Shown: positions 9,048 through 19,734, numbered from the stretch's first letter. The stretch is 64,000 bases of DNA from Nitrospirota bacterium (GCA_049793155.1 JBARBN010000106.1:16390-80389), one strand, 5' to 3'. Translations and numbers: made by a program. Notes: generated by a model not told the origin, from the letters alone.

Positions 9048-10598
9048 CTACCCGCTCTCCCGCAAGAACGCCGTTTCGCCGGAGCCGCCTGTATGCCCGG
9101 ATCTCAGCGGATGCTCCGGGAGAAAGAGCACGAGCACGAAGGCCAGGGCAGTGATGACGGCGCCGACGAGGAACGTGGTGCTGATCGCGTGGCGGTATGC
9201 CCCGATCACGATCTCCCTCTGGGCATCGGGGAGCGCGGCGATGTCCTGGATCCCCTGCTCCATGAGCGCGCGGCCGCGCCCGAGCAGCCCGGTCCAATGT
9301 TCCGTGTTCAGATCCCGGAGCCGGGCCGTCATGATGGCGCCGGACATGGCCACGCCAAAGGTGCCGCCGAGCTGTCTGAAGAAGGCCGCGGTCGCCGTTG
9401 CCGCGCCCTGCTCGCGGGCACCCACCGCGTTCTGCAGGGCGACGACAAGATTGGGCATGACCAGGCCAAAGCCGCACCCGAGGATGATGAGGGCCGCCTC
9501 GATCATGCCGATGCCCGCGTTCGACGCGGCCGCCCACATCACGACGATAAATGAAAGAGAGGCGCAACCCAGGCCGACGACGGGGAATATCTTGTACCTG
9601 CCGGTCCGGGAAACGAGGCGCCCGCCGATAAAGGACGTTGCGATCAGGCCGCCGGTCATGGGCGCAAGCATGAGCCCGGCCCTCGCCGGCGCCATGCCCA
9701 TGACAAGCTGGAAAAAGAGCGGCAGGAATACGAAAGCGCCGAAGATCCCCATGAAGGCAAGCCCCATGACCGAGGAAGCGATCACCACGGTCCTGTTGTG
9801 GAAGATGTGCGGCGAGAGCACCGGCTCGAGAGAGCGCCGCTCCGTTCGGATCAGAAGAACGATGAGCACCGCGGATGCCGTGCCAAGTCCGATAATGAGC
9901 GGGGACGACCACGGGAACTGCACGCCGCCCCAGGACAGGACAAGGAGCAGGGCCACGGTGGCCGAGGTGAGAAGTGCAACCGCCGTGTAATCGATGCGAT
10001 GCGGGACCTTGTGATGGGGCCGGTGGAAACCGAAGGCGATCATGGCAAGGGCCGGAATGCCCACGGGTACGTTCACGTAAAAGATCCAGCGCCACGACAA
10101 CGCGCTCGTGATGAACCCTCCCAAAAGCGGACCGGCAATGCTCGAAAACGCGAAGACCGCGCCGAAGAGCCCCTGGTAGCGGCCGCGCTCGCGGGGTGCA
10201 ACCAGGTCCGCGATCGTGGTCTGGGCGAGCACCATGAGGCCGCCCGCTCCCATACCCTGGATTCCGCGAAAGACCACGAGTTGTGTCATTGAGCGGGACA
10301 GGCCGCAGAGGCAGGAGCCGATGAGAAATATGCCGATCGCGATGATAAAGAGCGGCTTCCTGCCGTACATGTCCGAGAGCTTTCCGTAGAGCGGCGTTGT
10401 TGCCGTAGAAGTTACGAGAAATGACGTGACGACCCACGAAAGATGATGAAGGCCGCCCAGCTCGCTCACGATCTGCGGCAGGGCCACGGCCACGATATTC
10501 TGGTCGAGCGAAGCCAGGGCGAGCGCCAGCATCAGGCCGGCAAACACGGTCCGGACCTCGCGGGGCGTCGGCGGAGTTTCATGAAGTTCGGAAGACAT
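9048..10598 (-). CDS. MFS transporter, DHA2 (EmrB/QacA) drug-efflux subfamily, 14-TMS type
   Basis: 516 aa. Conserved MFS motifs are present (GKLSDMYGRKPLF). Length and hydrophobicity are typical of DHA2. Confidence 0.8.
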   Translation of the reverse strand: MSSELHETPPTPREVRTVFAGLMLALALASLDQNIVAVALPQIVSELGGLHHLSWVVTSFLVTSTATTPLYGKLSDMYGRKPLFIIAIGIFLIGSCLCGLSRSMTQLVVFRGIQGMGAGGLMVLAQTTIADLVAPRERGRYQGLFGAVFAFSSIAGPLLGGFITSALSWRWIFYVNVPVGIPALAMIAFGFHRPHHKVPHRIDYTAVALLTSATVALLLVLSWGGVQFPWSSPLIIGLGTASAVLIVLLIRTERRSLEPVLSPHIFHNRTVVIASSVMGLAFMGIFGAFVFLPLFFQLVMGMAPARAGLMLAPMTGGLIATSFIGGRLVSRTGRYKIFPVVGLGCASLSFIVVMWAAASNAGIGMIEAALIILGCGFGLVMPNLVVALQNAVGAREQGAATATAAFFRQLGGTFGVAMSGAIMTARLRDLNTEHWTGLLGRGRALMEQGIQDIAALPDAQREIVIGAYRHAISTTFLVGAVITALAFVLVLFLPEHPLRSGHTGGSGETAFLRESG

Positions 10599-10631
10599 GA
10601 TCGGGGAATTATAAGGGGCCGCGTTCTTTTG

Positions 10632-11555
10632 TCAAGGGGAGAGTTTTTGAGGCGCCTTCTGACTCCCGGCGGCGTTCAGCCCTCCCTGCTTCTTCTCATT
10701 GAAAATGTCATACACCGCGGAGAAATCCTGTTCACCCAGTCCCTTCCGAACAGCGAGGGCATAGATCTCTTTCACGACGCTTGCCGAGGGTATGGCCACT
10801 CCGGTTTCGTATGCCGTATCGGCGGCAAGCTGCATATCCTTGTGCATCCACTGGAGCGGGAACTCGGTCTCGAAGGTCCCTGACTCGATCTTCCGTCGTT
10901 TGAACGCGAGGAACGGTGCAGCTACGGGCGAACCCAGGATCGTGTCGAACAGCATGTCCTTTGAAATGCCGAGCGCTTCTCCGAACACCACCGCCTCGGA
11001 AAACGCGACCATTGCCTGGGCAAGAATAAGATTATTCACCATCTTCATCGATGAACCCATGCCATGACCGCCGACATGATACACGGCTTTCCCCATGGCC
11101 TCGAGAAGCGGCCGTGCCTCTTCCACGTCCCCCTTCTCGCCTCCCGCGAAGAACAGGAGCTGTCCCTGCTCGGCCGGACCTTTGGACCCGCCGACCGGGG
11201 CGTCGATGAACCTGACCCTGCGTTGTCTCGACTCGTCGGCCAAAAGCCGGGAGAAGGAAGGATTTACCGTACTGCAGTCGATCCACAGAGACCTGTCGGC
11301 CAGGTGGTTCAAAAAGCCGTATTTCCCGAGCAGCGCTGTTTCCGCGACCGCGTCCGGTTTGGCAAGCATGGTGAAGATGATCGTCACCTGTTTTGCCAGC
11401 TCCGCCGGCGTGGCCGCCCAGACCGCCCCGTTCGCGATCAGCGTTTCCGCCTTCTGTTTTGTCCGGTTGTAGACGACGAGCTCATGCCCCTTTTTTTGCA
11501 AATTGGCGGCCATGCGGCTGCCCATGATCCCCAGTCCGATAAAACCGATCTTCAT
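10632..11555 (-). CDS. NAD(P)-dependent beta-hydroxyacid dehydrogenase (3-hydroxyisobutyrate dehydrogenase family)
   Basis: MKIGFIGLGIMGSRMAANL Rossmann N-terminus. The family's catalytic-lysine region is GGHGMGSSMKMVNN. Confidence 0.8.
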   Translation of the reverse strand: MKIGFIGLGIMGSRMAANLQKKGHELVVYNRTKQKAETLIANGAVWAATPAELAKQVTIIFTMLAKPDAVAETALLGKYGFLNHLADRSLWIDCSTVNPSFSRLLADESRQRRVRFIDAPVGGSKGPAEQGQLLFFAGGEKGDVEEARPLLEAMGKAVYHVGGHGMGSSMKMVNNLILAQAMVAFSEAVVFGEALGISKDMLFDTILGSPVAAPFLAFKRRKIESGTFETEFPLQWMHKDMQLAADTAYETGVAIPSASVVKEIYALAVRKGLGEQDFSAVYDIFNEKKQGGLNAAGSQKAPQKLSP

Positions 11556-11787
11556 AATCTCTCCTCTTTTCGTGATGGAGACTTCAACACCTCACGTCCG
11601 GTTATTCCCTGTCGCACAGTTTTGGTTTAATTTTACCACATGATAACAAATGGCGCGGGGTATCCGTTCATTTTTTCGTCCGTCTCCCCTTGTCCGTCAT
11701 TTCAAATGGTTATTCGGTCAAAGTTGACGATTGGGACAAAAACGGATAGACTTAGTGACAGAAGTGTGCCATTTATTGGAGGGTCAC

Positions 11788-13242
11788 ATGCTTACCGGTT
11801 GTTTCATCGGCATTGATCAGGGGAGCAGCGCGACAAAGGCCTTAGCCATCAGCACCGACGGACAGGTGCTCTTCCAGGTCCGGAAGATCCTTCCGCCGCC
11901 TTTCCGGGGCGGGAACCGCATCGAGCATGATGCCGAAGAGATACTCCGCTCGATCTCTGATGCCCTGAACGAATCCATTCAGACGGTACAGGGTTCGGGC
12001 GTTCGGGTGCTTGGCATCGGACTCTCGTGCCAACGCTCCTCCTGCCTCGCCTGGAACGGATCAACGGGCGCTCCTCTCACGCCGGTGATCAGCTGGCGCG
12101 ATGCCCGGGGGAGCGATCTCATCGAGAACCTCAGGGACCAGGGACCCGATATCCTTCAGCGCTCCGGCCTTCCGCTCACACCCTACTATTCCGCCTCGAA
12201 GCTGCGCTGGATCCGGGACACCATGGCGGAGGCAAGACAGCCGGAAGCCATATACGGAACGCTCAGCAGCTTACTGGTCCGGCATCTCACCGGGAACAAT
12301 ACGGACGTGATCGATCACACCCATGCGGCCCGCACCCAGCTCATGAACATCGGGACGCTTACCTGGGACGAAGAATTGATCCGGATCTTCGGCTTGACCG
12401 GCATTGTACTTCCGCGGATCGTACCATCGGCGCACGCCTTCGGGACCGCGCGCACCCCGGCGGGAGACTTCCCCCTGCTTGCCTGTCTCGGCGACCAGCA
12501 GGCGGCCATGCTCGGGCTCGGCGTTTTCGAAAAAGGAGACGCGGGGATCAACCTGGGGACGGGCGGGTTTCTGATGCTGAACACCGGCGCCGGGCTCGTG
12601 CCCGCGGAAGGCCTTATGGCATCGGTTCAGTATTCGGATGAGAGAGAATTGCATTATCTGCTCGAAGGCAGCGTGAACGCGGTTGGCGACGCCCTCGAAT
12701 GGACCAGGACGAACCTCGGCCTGTTCAAGGAATACGAGGAGATGGACGATCTCTGCTGGAAAGCCGCGACCGACACCATAGCGTTCATCGGCCTGAACGG
12801 CATTGGCTCGCCGCACTGGGAAACGAACATCTCAAGCGCGTTTCACGGCCTGGGGCCGGAGAGCACCTCGGCGGACATGGTGCGAGCCGTAGTGGAGGGC
12901 ATTGTATTCTTCATCAAGGACATCGCCGAAGAGGTCCATAAGAGCGGTATCGAACCGCGGAAATTCGTCCTTGCAGGAGGACTTTCGACCCTCACCTATC
13001 TCAGCCAGATCCTGGCCGATATCCTCAAGAAGGACGTCCTCGTCAGCATCGGCAGGGAGGCTTCGGCCCTGGGCGCGGCATTCCTGGCAGGCATGCAGAA
13101 CGGCACGTGGAAGGCCGATGACATCAGAAGAATGGCGGCGCAGGGCGAGCTGGTGCACGGCGCGGAGAACCCCGGACTTGAAAGAAGATATAAAAAGTGG
13201 AAGGAACTGCACCGGATGACGAGAGAGATGGACAGGATGTGA
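11788..13242 (+). CDS. FGGY-family carbohydrate kinase (glycerol kinase-like)
   Basis: The RBS 'ggaggg' precedes an ATG at 11788. FGGY N- and C-terminal domains are present (GIDQGSSATKA ... GGLSTLTYLSQILADIL). Confidence 0.7.
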   Translation: MLTGCFIGIDQGSSATKALAISTDGQVLFQVRKILPPPFRGGNRIEHDAEEILRSISDALNESIQTVQGSGVRVLGIGLSCQRSSCLAWNGSTGAPLTPVISWRDARGSDLIENLRDQGPDILQRSGLPLTPYYSASKLRWIRDTMAEARQPEAIYGTLSSLLVRHLTGNNTDVIDHTHAARTQLMNIGTLTWDEELIRIFGLTGIVLPRIVPSAHAFGTARTPAGDFPLLACLGDQQAAMLGLGVFEKGDAGINLGTGGFLMLNTGAGLVPAEGLMASVQYSDERELHYLLEGSVNAVGDALEWTRTNLGLFKEYEEMDDLCWKAATDTIAFIGLNGIGSPHWETNISSAFHGLGPESTSADMVRAVVEGIVFFIKDIAEEVHKSGIEPRKFVLAGGLSTLTYLSQILADILKKDVLVSIGREASALGAAFLAGMQNGTWKADDIRRMAAQGELVHGAENPGLERRYKKWKELHRMTREMDRM

Positions 13243-13336
13243 CCAGGCGGTGCTGATGGATGCGAAACGCCGGGCGTAATGAGCTGTTCAAAATAAAACA
13301 CCAACCAGCCACCCGCATAAAAGCGTGAAGGTCCTC

Positions 13337-14875
13337 TTATGTAATGCTCTCCTTTTTCAATTTATTTCCGCCCGTATCCTCTTTCCAGCGCGCAGGAAAA
13401 ATAAAACGGACCGTCGTTCCCACACCCAACTCGCTATCCAGGGTGATCTCGCCCATATGCTCTGTAATGATCTGCCTGACCAGCGGAAGCCCCATTCCGG
13501 TCCTTCCCTTCGTGCTGTAAAAGGGTTCAAAGATCCTGTGAAGCTCTTCGGAGGTCATCCCTTTCCCCGCGTCTTTGATCGTCAGATAGGGATTGTCATC
13601 CTTTTCTCCGGTTTCAATGACTATTTCACCCCCGGGTGTTGACGCGTCCACCGCATTGCCGATAATGTGCTGTATGGATATCTTGATGAGCTGCCTGTTT
13701 GCATTGAACATGAGCTGTTTATCATGCAGTTTCACCACGAGCCTCAGGCCGGCGTCCTTGATCTTGCGTTCCATAAGCCCCGCGATCGTGGAGGCGATCT
13801 CATTCAGGTCTTCGCGCTTAAACAGAAACCTCTTGCTTTTCACGAGGGCGTCAAAATCGGCGACGATCGTTTCCATCTTCATGCATTCGTCAAGGATCAT
13901 CTGAAATTTCTTTGCAGGAACCCCCTCGGGCTCTTTTTTCGAGAGCTGCCTGCAGAGCCCCCCGATGACCGTTACCGGGTTCCGTATGCGGTCCGCGACC
14001 TTCAATCCGAACATTCCCATGGTGCGTTCGGCAACGATATCCTCCATCTCATGGTTCAGGTTCATGACCTCCTTGTTGACGCTCTCAATAATATTTCTAT
14101 CAGATTCGATCTTCCCATAGAACCACTCGAACCTCATGTTGATGAGGTAAAAAATGATGGCAAAAAAGACCGTATAAAGCCCGATAAAGACCGCAACCGT
14201 CCGCCTGGCCTCGTCAAGAGCTACATGCACAGGAATATACGCCATGAGGGCATCAACCCTCTCTCCTACCTTCATCTGAAAGCCTGCGGTATCCCCGTAT
14301 TGCGCTACCATTTCTTTCGGCGCTTCTCGAGGGTCTCCATGACACGAAAGACAGGATTCCTGAATGGGCAAACCGGCCCGGGCAAGTACATAATAATGAG
14401 CATTCTGTTCTTCGATGAGCCCTTTCCATTCCGAGATGTCGCTTTTGCTCCTGAATTCGTTGATGATCCGCGTTTCAAGTTCGTCGGCTCTATTTATGGG
14501 ATTTCTCGGATTCAAAGAGGCATTCTTAAAGCGATGACCGGGAAGCTCCTTCAGAACCCTGCGAGAAATGCTTCTCGCAATATAAGACCTCGACATGCCC
14601 TGAATAATGAACCTGCCTGGCAGTTCCTTCTGCAAGACGGGTCTCAGTTCCTCGGCGACATAATGTCTTGTTTCCTCATAGGATCTTAAATACAGACTGG
14701 CGGTGTTATATGCATTGTCGATCGCGTGCTGTTTGAGGATGTAATAGGTAATGAGAGAGATAATCGGCAGCGAAATAATGTAGATCAGGGTCATGAGGGC
14801 AGCAAAGCGTCTTTTTTGATTCAGCTTTTCCCAGAGTACAGGGACACGTACTTTTTTGAATGCGTTCATCGTCAT
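13337..14875 (-). CDS. Sensor histidine kinase with a periplasmic c-type-heme (CxxCH) sensor domain (DUF3365-like)
   Basis: An N-terminal TM precedes a periplasmic region that contains ESCLSCHGD (CxxCH). A second TM, HisKA (ADRIRNPVTVI) and HATPase_c (GMGLPLVRQI) follow. Confidence 0.75.
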   Translation of the reverse strand: MTMNAFKKVRVPVLWEKLNQKRRFAALMTLIYIISLPIISLITYYILKQHAIDNAYNTASLYLRSYEETRHYVAEELRPVLQKELPGRFIIQGMSRSYIARSISRRVLKELPGHRFKNASLNPRNPINRADELETRIINEFRSKSDISEWKGLIEEQNAHYYVLARAGLPIQESCLSCHGDPREAPKEMVAQYGDTAGFQMKVGERVDALMAYIPVHVALDEARRTVAVFIGLYTVFFAIIFYLINMRFEWFYGKIESDRNIIESVNKEVMNLNHEMEDIVAERTMGMFGLKVADRIRNPVTVIGGLCRQLSKKEPEGVPAKKFQMILDECMKMETIVADFDALVKSKRFLFKREDLNEIASTIAGLMERKIKDAGLRLVVKLHDKQLMFNANRQLIKISIQHIIGNAVDASTPGGEIVIETGEKDDNPYLTIKDAGKGMTSEELHRIFEPFYSTKGRTGMGLPLVRQIITEHMGEITLDSELGVGTTVRFIFPARWKEDTGGNKLKKESIT

Positions 14876-15177
14876 CACCTGTGGAACAGCGGAAGCGTTG
14901 AAGGTCCGGTCTTCTCACCAAGCTGCTGATGATCGAGCAATGAAAACAACTATCCACTCACCACGTGACGTAAGGTGATAAACTGCACCAGCGCATTCTC
15001 GTCTAAGGAGGGGGTCATGCAGAAAGGATAGCAAGGAGAACGCGCAATGTCAAATTAGAAGACCCCAAGATGAAGCCCCCGCCAAGAGCTGTGCAAAATG
15101 GTTGACTATTGTTTTTTCCCCTGACTGCCGGAAAGCGTGCTATAGTTTAAGAAAAAGGAGTGAAAGGAGAGATTATC

Positions 15178-15672
15178 ATGAAAAATGAATCCACCAATGG
15201 AAAAGGATCGATCCTGGTGCCGGTTCTTGCGGCCGGGGCCGTAGCGGCGGGGTTGGCGTTCTTGTTCGCGCCGAAATCGGGAACCGAGCTCAGGAAGGAC
15301 CTGAAACGGGTCGCTGACCGTTTCTCGCAGGCGATTGATATAGGCAAGGACCTCTATGGTGAAGGCAAAGAGTTCGTAAGCAAAGCCGCGGAAGCCGGAA
15401 AGAAAGCGTACGTGGAGGAAAGGCCCTTAGAGCCCGTTATCAACCGGAAGAGTTCGCTCATCGTGCCGATCCTGGCGAGCGGCATCATCGGGGCGGGCCT
15501 TGCATTGCTGTTGTCGCCGAAATCGGGAGCCGCGATCAGAAACGACCTGAGGCGTTTCGCCTCGAGCGCCGGAGAGCAGGTAGTATCCGCCGTTGACAAA
15601 GGCAAGGACATTTTCGGATCAGGCAAGATAGAGTACTTCGAAGGAAAAGAGCCGTTCGAGCACGCAGTGTAG
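15178..15672 (+). CDS. YtxH-domain protein (two tandem YtxH-like units)
   Basis: The RBS 'aaaggag' precedes an ATG at 15178. The unit [LVPILAAGA..GLALLFAPKSG.ELR.DL.R] is repeated twice. Confidence 0.65.
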   Translation: MKNESTNGKGSILVPVLAAGAVAAGLAFLFAPKSGTELRKDLKRVADRFSQAIDIGKDLYGEGKEFVSKAAEAGKKAYVEERPLEPVINRKSSLIVPILASGIIGAGLALLLSPKSGAAIRNDLRRFASSAGEQVVSAVDKGKDIFGSGKIEYFEGKEPFEHAV

Positions 15673-15762
15673 CAGTGCTGGTTTCCTGAAGAGCGTAGCG
15701 CAGGGTGAGGCGGCACTCCCGGTATAGAGGGACATGATTTCAATCCTATAAGGAGGTGCACC

Positions 15763-15891
15763 ATGGGAGACAAAGGCGGCAAAAAGAGTAAGGACAAGGA
15801 GCATAAACAGAAAGATCTCAAGCAAGCACATGACCTAAAAGATAAGAAGGACAAACAGCCGAAAAGCGCATCAAGATCAGGAGCAGGTTGA
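15763..15891 (+). CDS. Small lysine-rich protein (42 aa), MGDKGGKKSKDKEHKQKDLKQAHDLKDKKDKQPKSASRSGAG; not in the ORF track
   Basis: A strong RBS 'taaggaggtg' sits 5 nt upstream of the ATG. A paralog lies at 36427-36573. The gene is downstream of the ytxH-like gene on the same strand. Confidence 0.55.
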   Translation: MGDKGGKKSKDKEHKQKDLKQAHDLKDKKDKQPKSASRSGAG

Positions 15892-16199
15892 GAGAGGAAG
15901 ACCCGGCATGTCTTGTGGAGCCCTTTGACTTTTAACCATGAGGTGCAATGTTTAAAGGATTGAGAACGCGGCTCTCTGAAGATTTTGATCTACCTTGAGC
16001 GGGGGCAGCGCTTTCCGCATCAGGAAGAATCCCTCTACGACAACAAAAATTCCATAACTTTCGGCGCAAATCCCCTGTTCCGACACTGATGACATCTACA
16101 TCCTTCCCCTTCTATCACAATACGGAAAGTTAAACCTCTGCCTTTGTTCGACGCCGTTGTATCTCTTCTCAACAGGACGCAATCTGAGCAGCCATGCGC

Positions 16200-17729
16200 C
16201 TACCAGTCAATGGGGAAATAATCCTTCAGGAATTTCCCGCTCCAGTGCCTCCCTGTCAGGATGCCGTCAAAGAAAGGATCGCAGACCCGCGCTGCTCCGT
16301 CAACGATATCCAGGGGAGGCTGGAAATCGTGGACCTTTTGCTTGAGTTCGGAAAGGGCCGCAGGATCCTCATCCGTGACCCACCCCGTATCGACCGCATT
16401 CATGTAGATGCCGTCCTTGGCAAGATCCGCTGCCGAGGTATGGGTCATCATGTTCAAGGCCGCCTTCGCCATATTCGTATGGGGATGTCGTTCATCCTTT
16501 TTGAACCTGAAGAACTTGCCCTCCATTGCGGTCACATTCACAATATGTTTCTGCCCGGTATGGGCCCGCCGCATAAGGGGCACAAGCCTGTTGCACAGGA
16601 TAAAGGGGGCCACGGAATTCACCAGCTGCACCTCGAGCATTTCCGTGGTCGGGATCTCTCCCATACGCAACCGCCAGCTGTTCGTCCTGCGGAGATCCAC
16701 CTGCTGAAGGTCCGCATCCACCCTTCCCCTGGGGAAGAGCGCTTCAGACCGGGAAATAGGGTCATGATCGGAGGGCTCCTGCGAAAGCCTGGCGGATTCG
16801 CACAGACCGATGCCAACCCTCTCTTCGTTCCATGCCTGAGAAAGGACGGTACTCCCCTCCCCGCAGCGGCTGCCGGCAGGCGAAAGCTGTTTTGTACACG
16901 CGACATGATCATCAAGCAGCGTCCGGACTTCTCTCGGCAGTTCATGGCAACCCTGTTCTTCTCGTTCCATCAGATGGGCATAGAACCCGGGCGGTCTCCT
17001 CACGGTCTGGGCAGCGTTATTGATCAGGATGTCGAGGCGTCCGTACGTGTGCTCCACATATCGCGTGAACAGCTCGACGCTCGGGACATGCCTGAGGTCA
17101 AGACCGTGAACATGCAGCCGGTGGCCCCACGCGGCAAATCCGTCTTCCCGGGAATAACGCAGGGCCGCATCAAGGGGAAACCTGGTCGTTGCAATGACCG
17201 TAGCGCCGGCGCGCAGCATCATGAGCGCTGCCTGAAACCCTATCTTCACGCGTGCGCCTGTGATCAAGGCGACCTGGCCGGCAAGTGATGCCGTCTGGAA
17301 GCGCTTCCGGTAGTTCTGGTCCCCGCATTTCCTGCACATGCAATCATAAAAAAAATGCAGCTCCGTGAACTTTTCCTTGCACACATAGCAATTGCGGGAG
17401 GAACGCAGTTCCTCCCGCCCCTGATCAGGTACGGAGGCATATCCCTCGATCTGCGCAGGGGCAATAAAGGTTCCCCGGGCGCGGGCAATGCGGATACCTG
17501 TCGCATTTCTCGCACGCCGGTCCTGTTCGAGCCTTGCCAGGCCGCGCGTTTTGTTCAGCGACTTGTTCCTTTTCTTTCTTTCCGCCCGGTCGGGACGGGA
17601 TAGTTCCCCGGCCGCTTTCAGCAGCGCGCGTCGTTGTTCTTCAGAAACACCTGCAAACAGTCCCGCATCGCCGACCAGGTCGCCGAGGAGGGAGATACAC
17701 TTTGCAATTTCGTCGGGGCCGTGTTTCAT
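16200..17729 (-). CDS. SDR-family oxidoreductase with an N-terminal extension containing a C4 zinc-ribbon-like motif
   Basis: The SDR core is [11 protein letters not shown]...NNAAQ. The N-terminus carries [24 protein letters not shown]. The start was set at the internal ATG ([10 protein letters not shown]) because the upstream extension lacks support. Confidence 0.6.
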   Translation of the reverse strand: MKHGPDEIAKCISLLGDLVGDAGLFAGVSEEQRRALLKAAGELSRPDRAERKKRNKSLNKTRGLARLEQDRRARNATGIRIARARGTFIAPAQIEGYASVPDQGREELRSSRNCYVCKEKFTELHFFYDCMCRKCGDQNYRKRFQTASLAGQVALITGARVKIGFQAALMMLRAGATVIATTRFPLDAALRYSREDGFAAWGHRLHVHGLDLRHVPSVELFTRYVEHTYGRLDILINNAAQTVRRPPGFYAHLMEREEQGCHELPREVRTLLDDHVACTKQLSPAGSRCGEGSTVLSQAWNEERVGIGLCESARLSQEPSDHDPISRSEALFPRGRVDADLQQVDLRRTNSWRLRMGEIPTTEMLEVQLVNSVAPFILCNRLVPLMRRAHTGQKHIVNVTAMEGKFFRFKKDERHPHTNMAKAALNMMTHTSAADLAKDGIYMNAVDTGWVTDEDPAALSELKQKVHDFQPPLDIVDGAARVCDPFFDGILTGRHWSGKFLKDYFPIDW

Positions 17730-18045
17730 GGCACGACCTCCCTTCATGAGAGATACAGTACAAAGTCTAAAAAATATTAAACTGATCCCAGGATGCTTTT
17801 CTTGATCGAAAAATGATACGCCTCTTAAGCGAAAGGGGCAAGCGGAAATTGCGGCAGATAGAATATCGTCACCGAGAGCTCGGAGTAACGTTATCGGATT
17901 AAAAGCATTAAGCGGTGTACCGGGCGACTCTGCGGACATCCGGGGTCGCGGAGATGGCAATGCATCCCCTTGTATGTCTGCGTCTTGGAAATTAAAAACA
18001 GGCGGAACGGATTTACCGTCCCGCCTGTTGCAGATAATTTATACG

Positions 18046-19734
18046 TTAAGCGACAACTTCGTTCGCTTCAACACATTCAGCCTTTGTTTTTGACCAGCAC
18101 GGGCCGAGGATCGTATTCAGATCTTCTTCCGGCGTCTCTGCGATAGGCTTGATACCGAAATTCTTCACGAGCACGGCAAGTACATTCGGCGTGATGAAGG
18201 CAGGGAGCGAAGGGCCGAGCCTGATATCCTTGATCCCGAGCGAGAGCAGGGAGAGCAGTATGGCAACGGCCTTCTGCTCGTACCACGACAGGATGAAAGA
18301 CAGCGGCAGATCGTTCACGCTCACCTTAAAGGCCTTCGAAAGCGCAACGGCGATCTGGATGGCCGAGTAGGAGTCATTGCACTGACCGATGTCCAAAAGC
18401 CTCGGGATGCCGCCGATATCGCCCAATTCCTTGTCAAAGAACCGGAACTTACCGCATGCCAGCGTAAGCACCACGGTATCCTTGGGAGTTTTTTCCACGA
18501 AATCGGTGTAGTAATTCCTTCCCGGTTTCGCCCCGTCGCACCCTCCGACGAGGAAGAAGTGTCGGATCTTTCCCGCCTTCACCGCGTCGATCACCTTGTC
18601 CGCTACACCGAGCACGGCGTTTCGCGCAAACCCGGCGAGGACCTCCTTGCCGGGGGTGTCTTCCGTGAACCCGGGAAGCGCGCGCGCCCGGTCGATTGCC
18701 GGTGAAAAGTCATCCGCAGCGATATGCGTAACATCGGGCCAGCCAACAAGCCCGGCAGTGAAGATATTGTCCTTGTAGGAAGCGAGCGGTTTCTGTATGC
18801 AGTTCGTGGTCATGATGATCGCGCCGGGGAACTTTGCAAATTCCTTGTGCTGGTTTTGCCACGCCGTACCGTAGTGGCCATAGAAGTGCGGATATTTCTT
18901 GAGGCCCGGATACGCGTGGGCCGGCAGCATTTCGCCGTGTGTATAGACATTGATCCCTTTGCCCTCTGTCTGCGTCAGGATGGCGTCAAGATCCTTCAGG
19001 TCATGACCGGAGACGATGAGCGCCTTGCCCTTCCTTGCGCCGAGCGGAACCTTGACCGGGATCGGGTGGCCGTAGGTCCCCGTATTGCCCGCGTCGAGCA
19101 GCTCCATGGCCCTGATGTTCACTTCGCCGCATTTGAGCGCAAGACCGATCCACTCGTTCAAACCGAGGTCAGTGCCGGTCATGGCTGCCAGCGCCTCGCT
19201 CATAAAGGCATGGACGGCATCATCCGTCTTGCCTAGGATCTGGGCATGGTCGGCATACGCTGCAACGCCCTTGAGTCCGAACAGGACGATATCCTGAAGC
19301 GATTGGACGTCGGGGTTCACGACCGCGTCGGGTATGTGCTCACGCACCGCTTTTCCCTGCTTGACGAGTCCCTCAAGAGCGGATTCCGGCTTATAGGAAG
19401 CGCTCGCATGGGCAAAATCCGTTTTGCCGTCCGACTGGCGTATCTTTGAGCCAAGTTTCTTCCGAAGTTCCACGCTCTTCCGGATCAGCGTCTCGAACCG
19501 CTTCGGGTCAAAATCAACGTTCGTGAGCGTTGAGAAAAGGGCCTTGCTCATGAACAAGTTCACGTCCTGGTCGATAACACCGACCTTCCTGCCCGCAACC
19601 GCATGGAGCGCCAACCCCTTAAGTGAATAGATCAAAAGGTCCTGCAGCGCCGATACCTCCGGATCCTTTCCGCACACGCCGATCTTGGTGCAGCCCTTGC
19701 CGTTTGACGCCTGTTCGCATTGATAACAAAACAT
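18046..19734 (-). CDS. hcp: Hydroxylamine reductase / hybrid-cluster protein
   Basis: The Hcp N-terminal Cys cluster is MFCYQCEQASNGKGCTKIGVCGK. The RBS 'gggagg' precedes the ATG at 19734. Similarity runs the full length. Confidence 0.9.
   Translation of the reverse strand: MFCYQCEQASNGKGCTKIGVCGKDPEVSALQDLLIYSLKGLALHAVAGRKVGVIDQDVNLFMSKALFSTLTNVDFDPKRFETLIRKSVELRKKLGSKIRQSDGKTDFAHASASYKPESALEGLVKQGKAVREHIPDAVVNPDVQSLQDIVLFGLKGVAAYADHAQILGKTDDAVHAFMSEALAAMTGTDLGLNEWIGLALKCGEVNIRAMELLDAGNTGTYGHPIPVKVPLGARKGKALIVSGHDLKDLDAILTQTEGKGINVYTHGEMLPAHAYPGLKKYPHFYGHYGTAWQNQHKEFAKFPGAIIMTTNCIQKPLASYKDNIFTAGLVGWPDVTHIAADDFSPAIDRARALPGFTEDTPGKEVLAGFARNAVLGVADKVIDAVKAGKIRHFFLVGGCDGAKPGRNYYTDFVEKTPKDTVVLTLACGKFRFFDKELGDIGGIPRLLDIGQCNDSYSAIQIAVALSKAFKVSVNDLPLSFILSWYEQKAVAILLSLLSLGIKDIRLGPSLPAFITPNVLAVLVKNFGIKPIAETPEEDLNTILGPCWSKTKAECVEANEVVA

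Noticed and set aside
9004-10437. 477-aa ORF on the minus strand overlapping the MFS transporter gene in another frame
   Set aside because: The translation is extremely Arg/Gly/Pro/His-rich and typical of GC-driven shadow frames. The co-located frame encodes a textbook DHA2 MFS transporter.
12027-12641. 204-aa and other ORFs overlapping the FGGY kinase in alternative frames
   Set aside because: They have Arg/Pro-rich shadow composition and lie inside a well-supported gene.
16194-17288. 364-aa plus-strand ORF opposite the SDR gene
   Set aside because: It is an antisense shadow ORF with no motifs and no RBS. The SDR frame is convincing.
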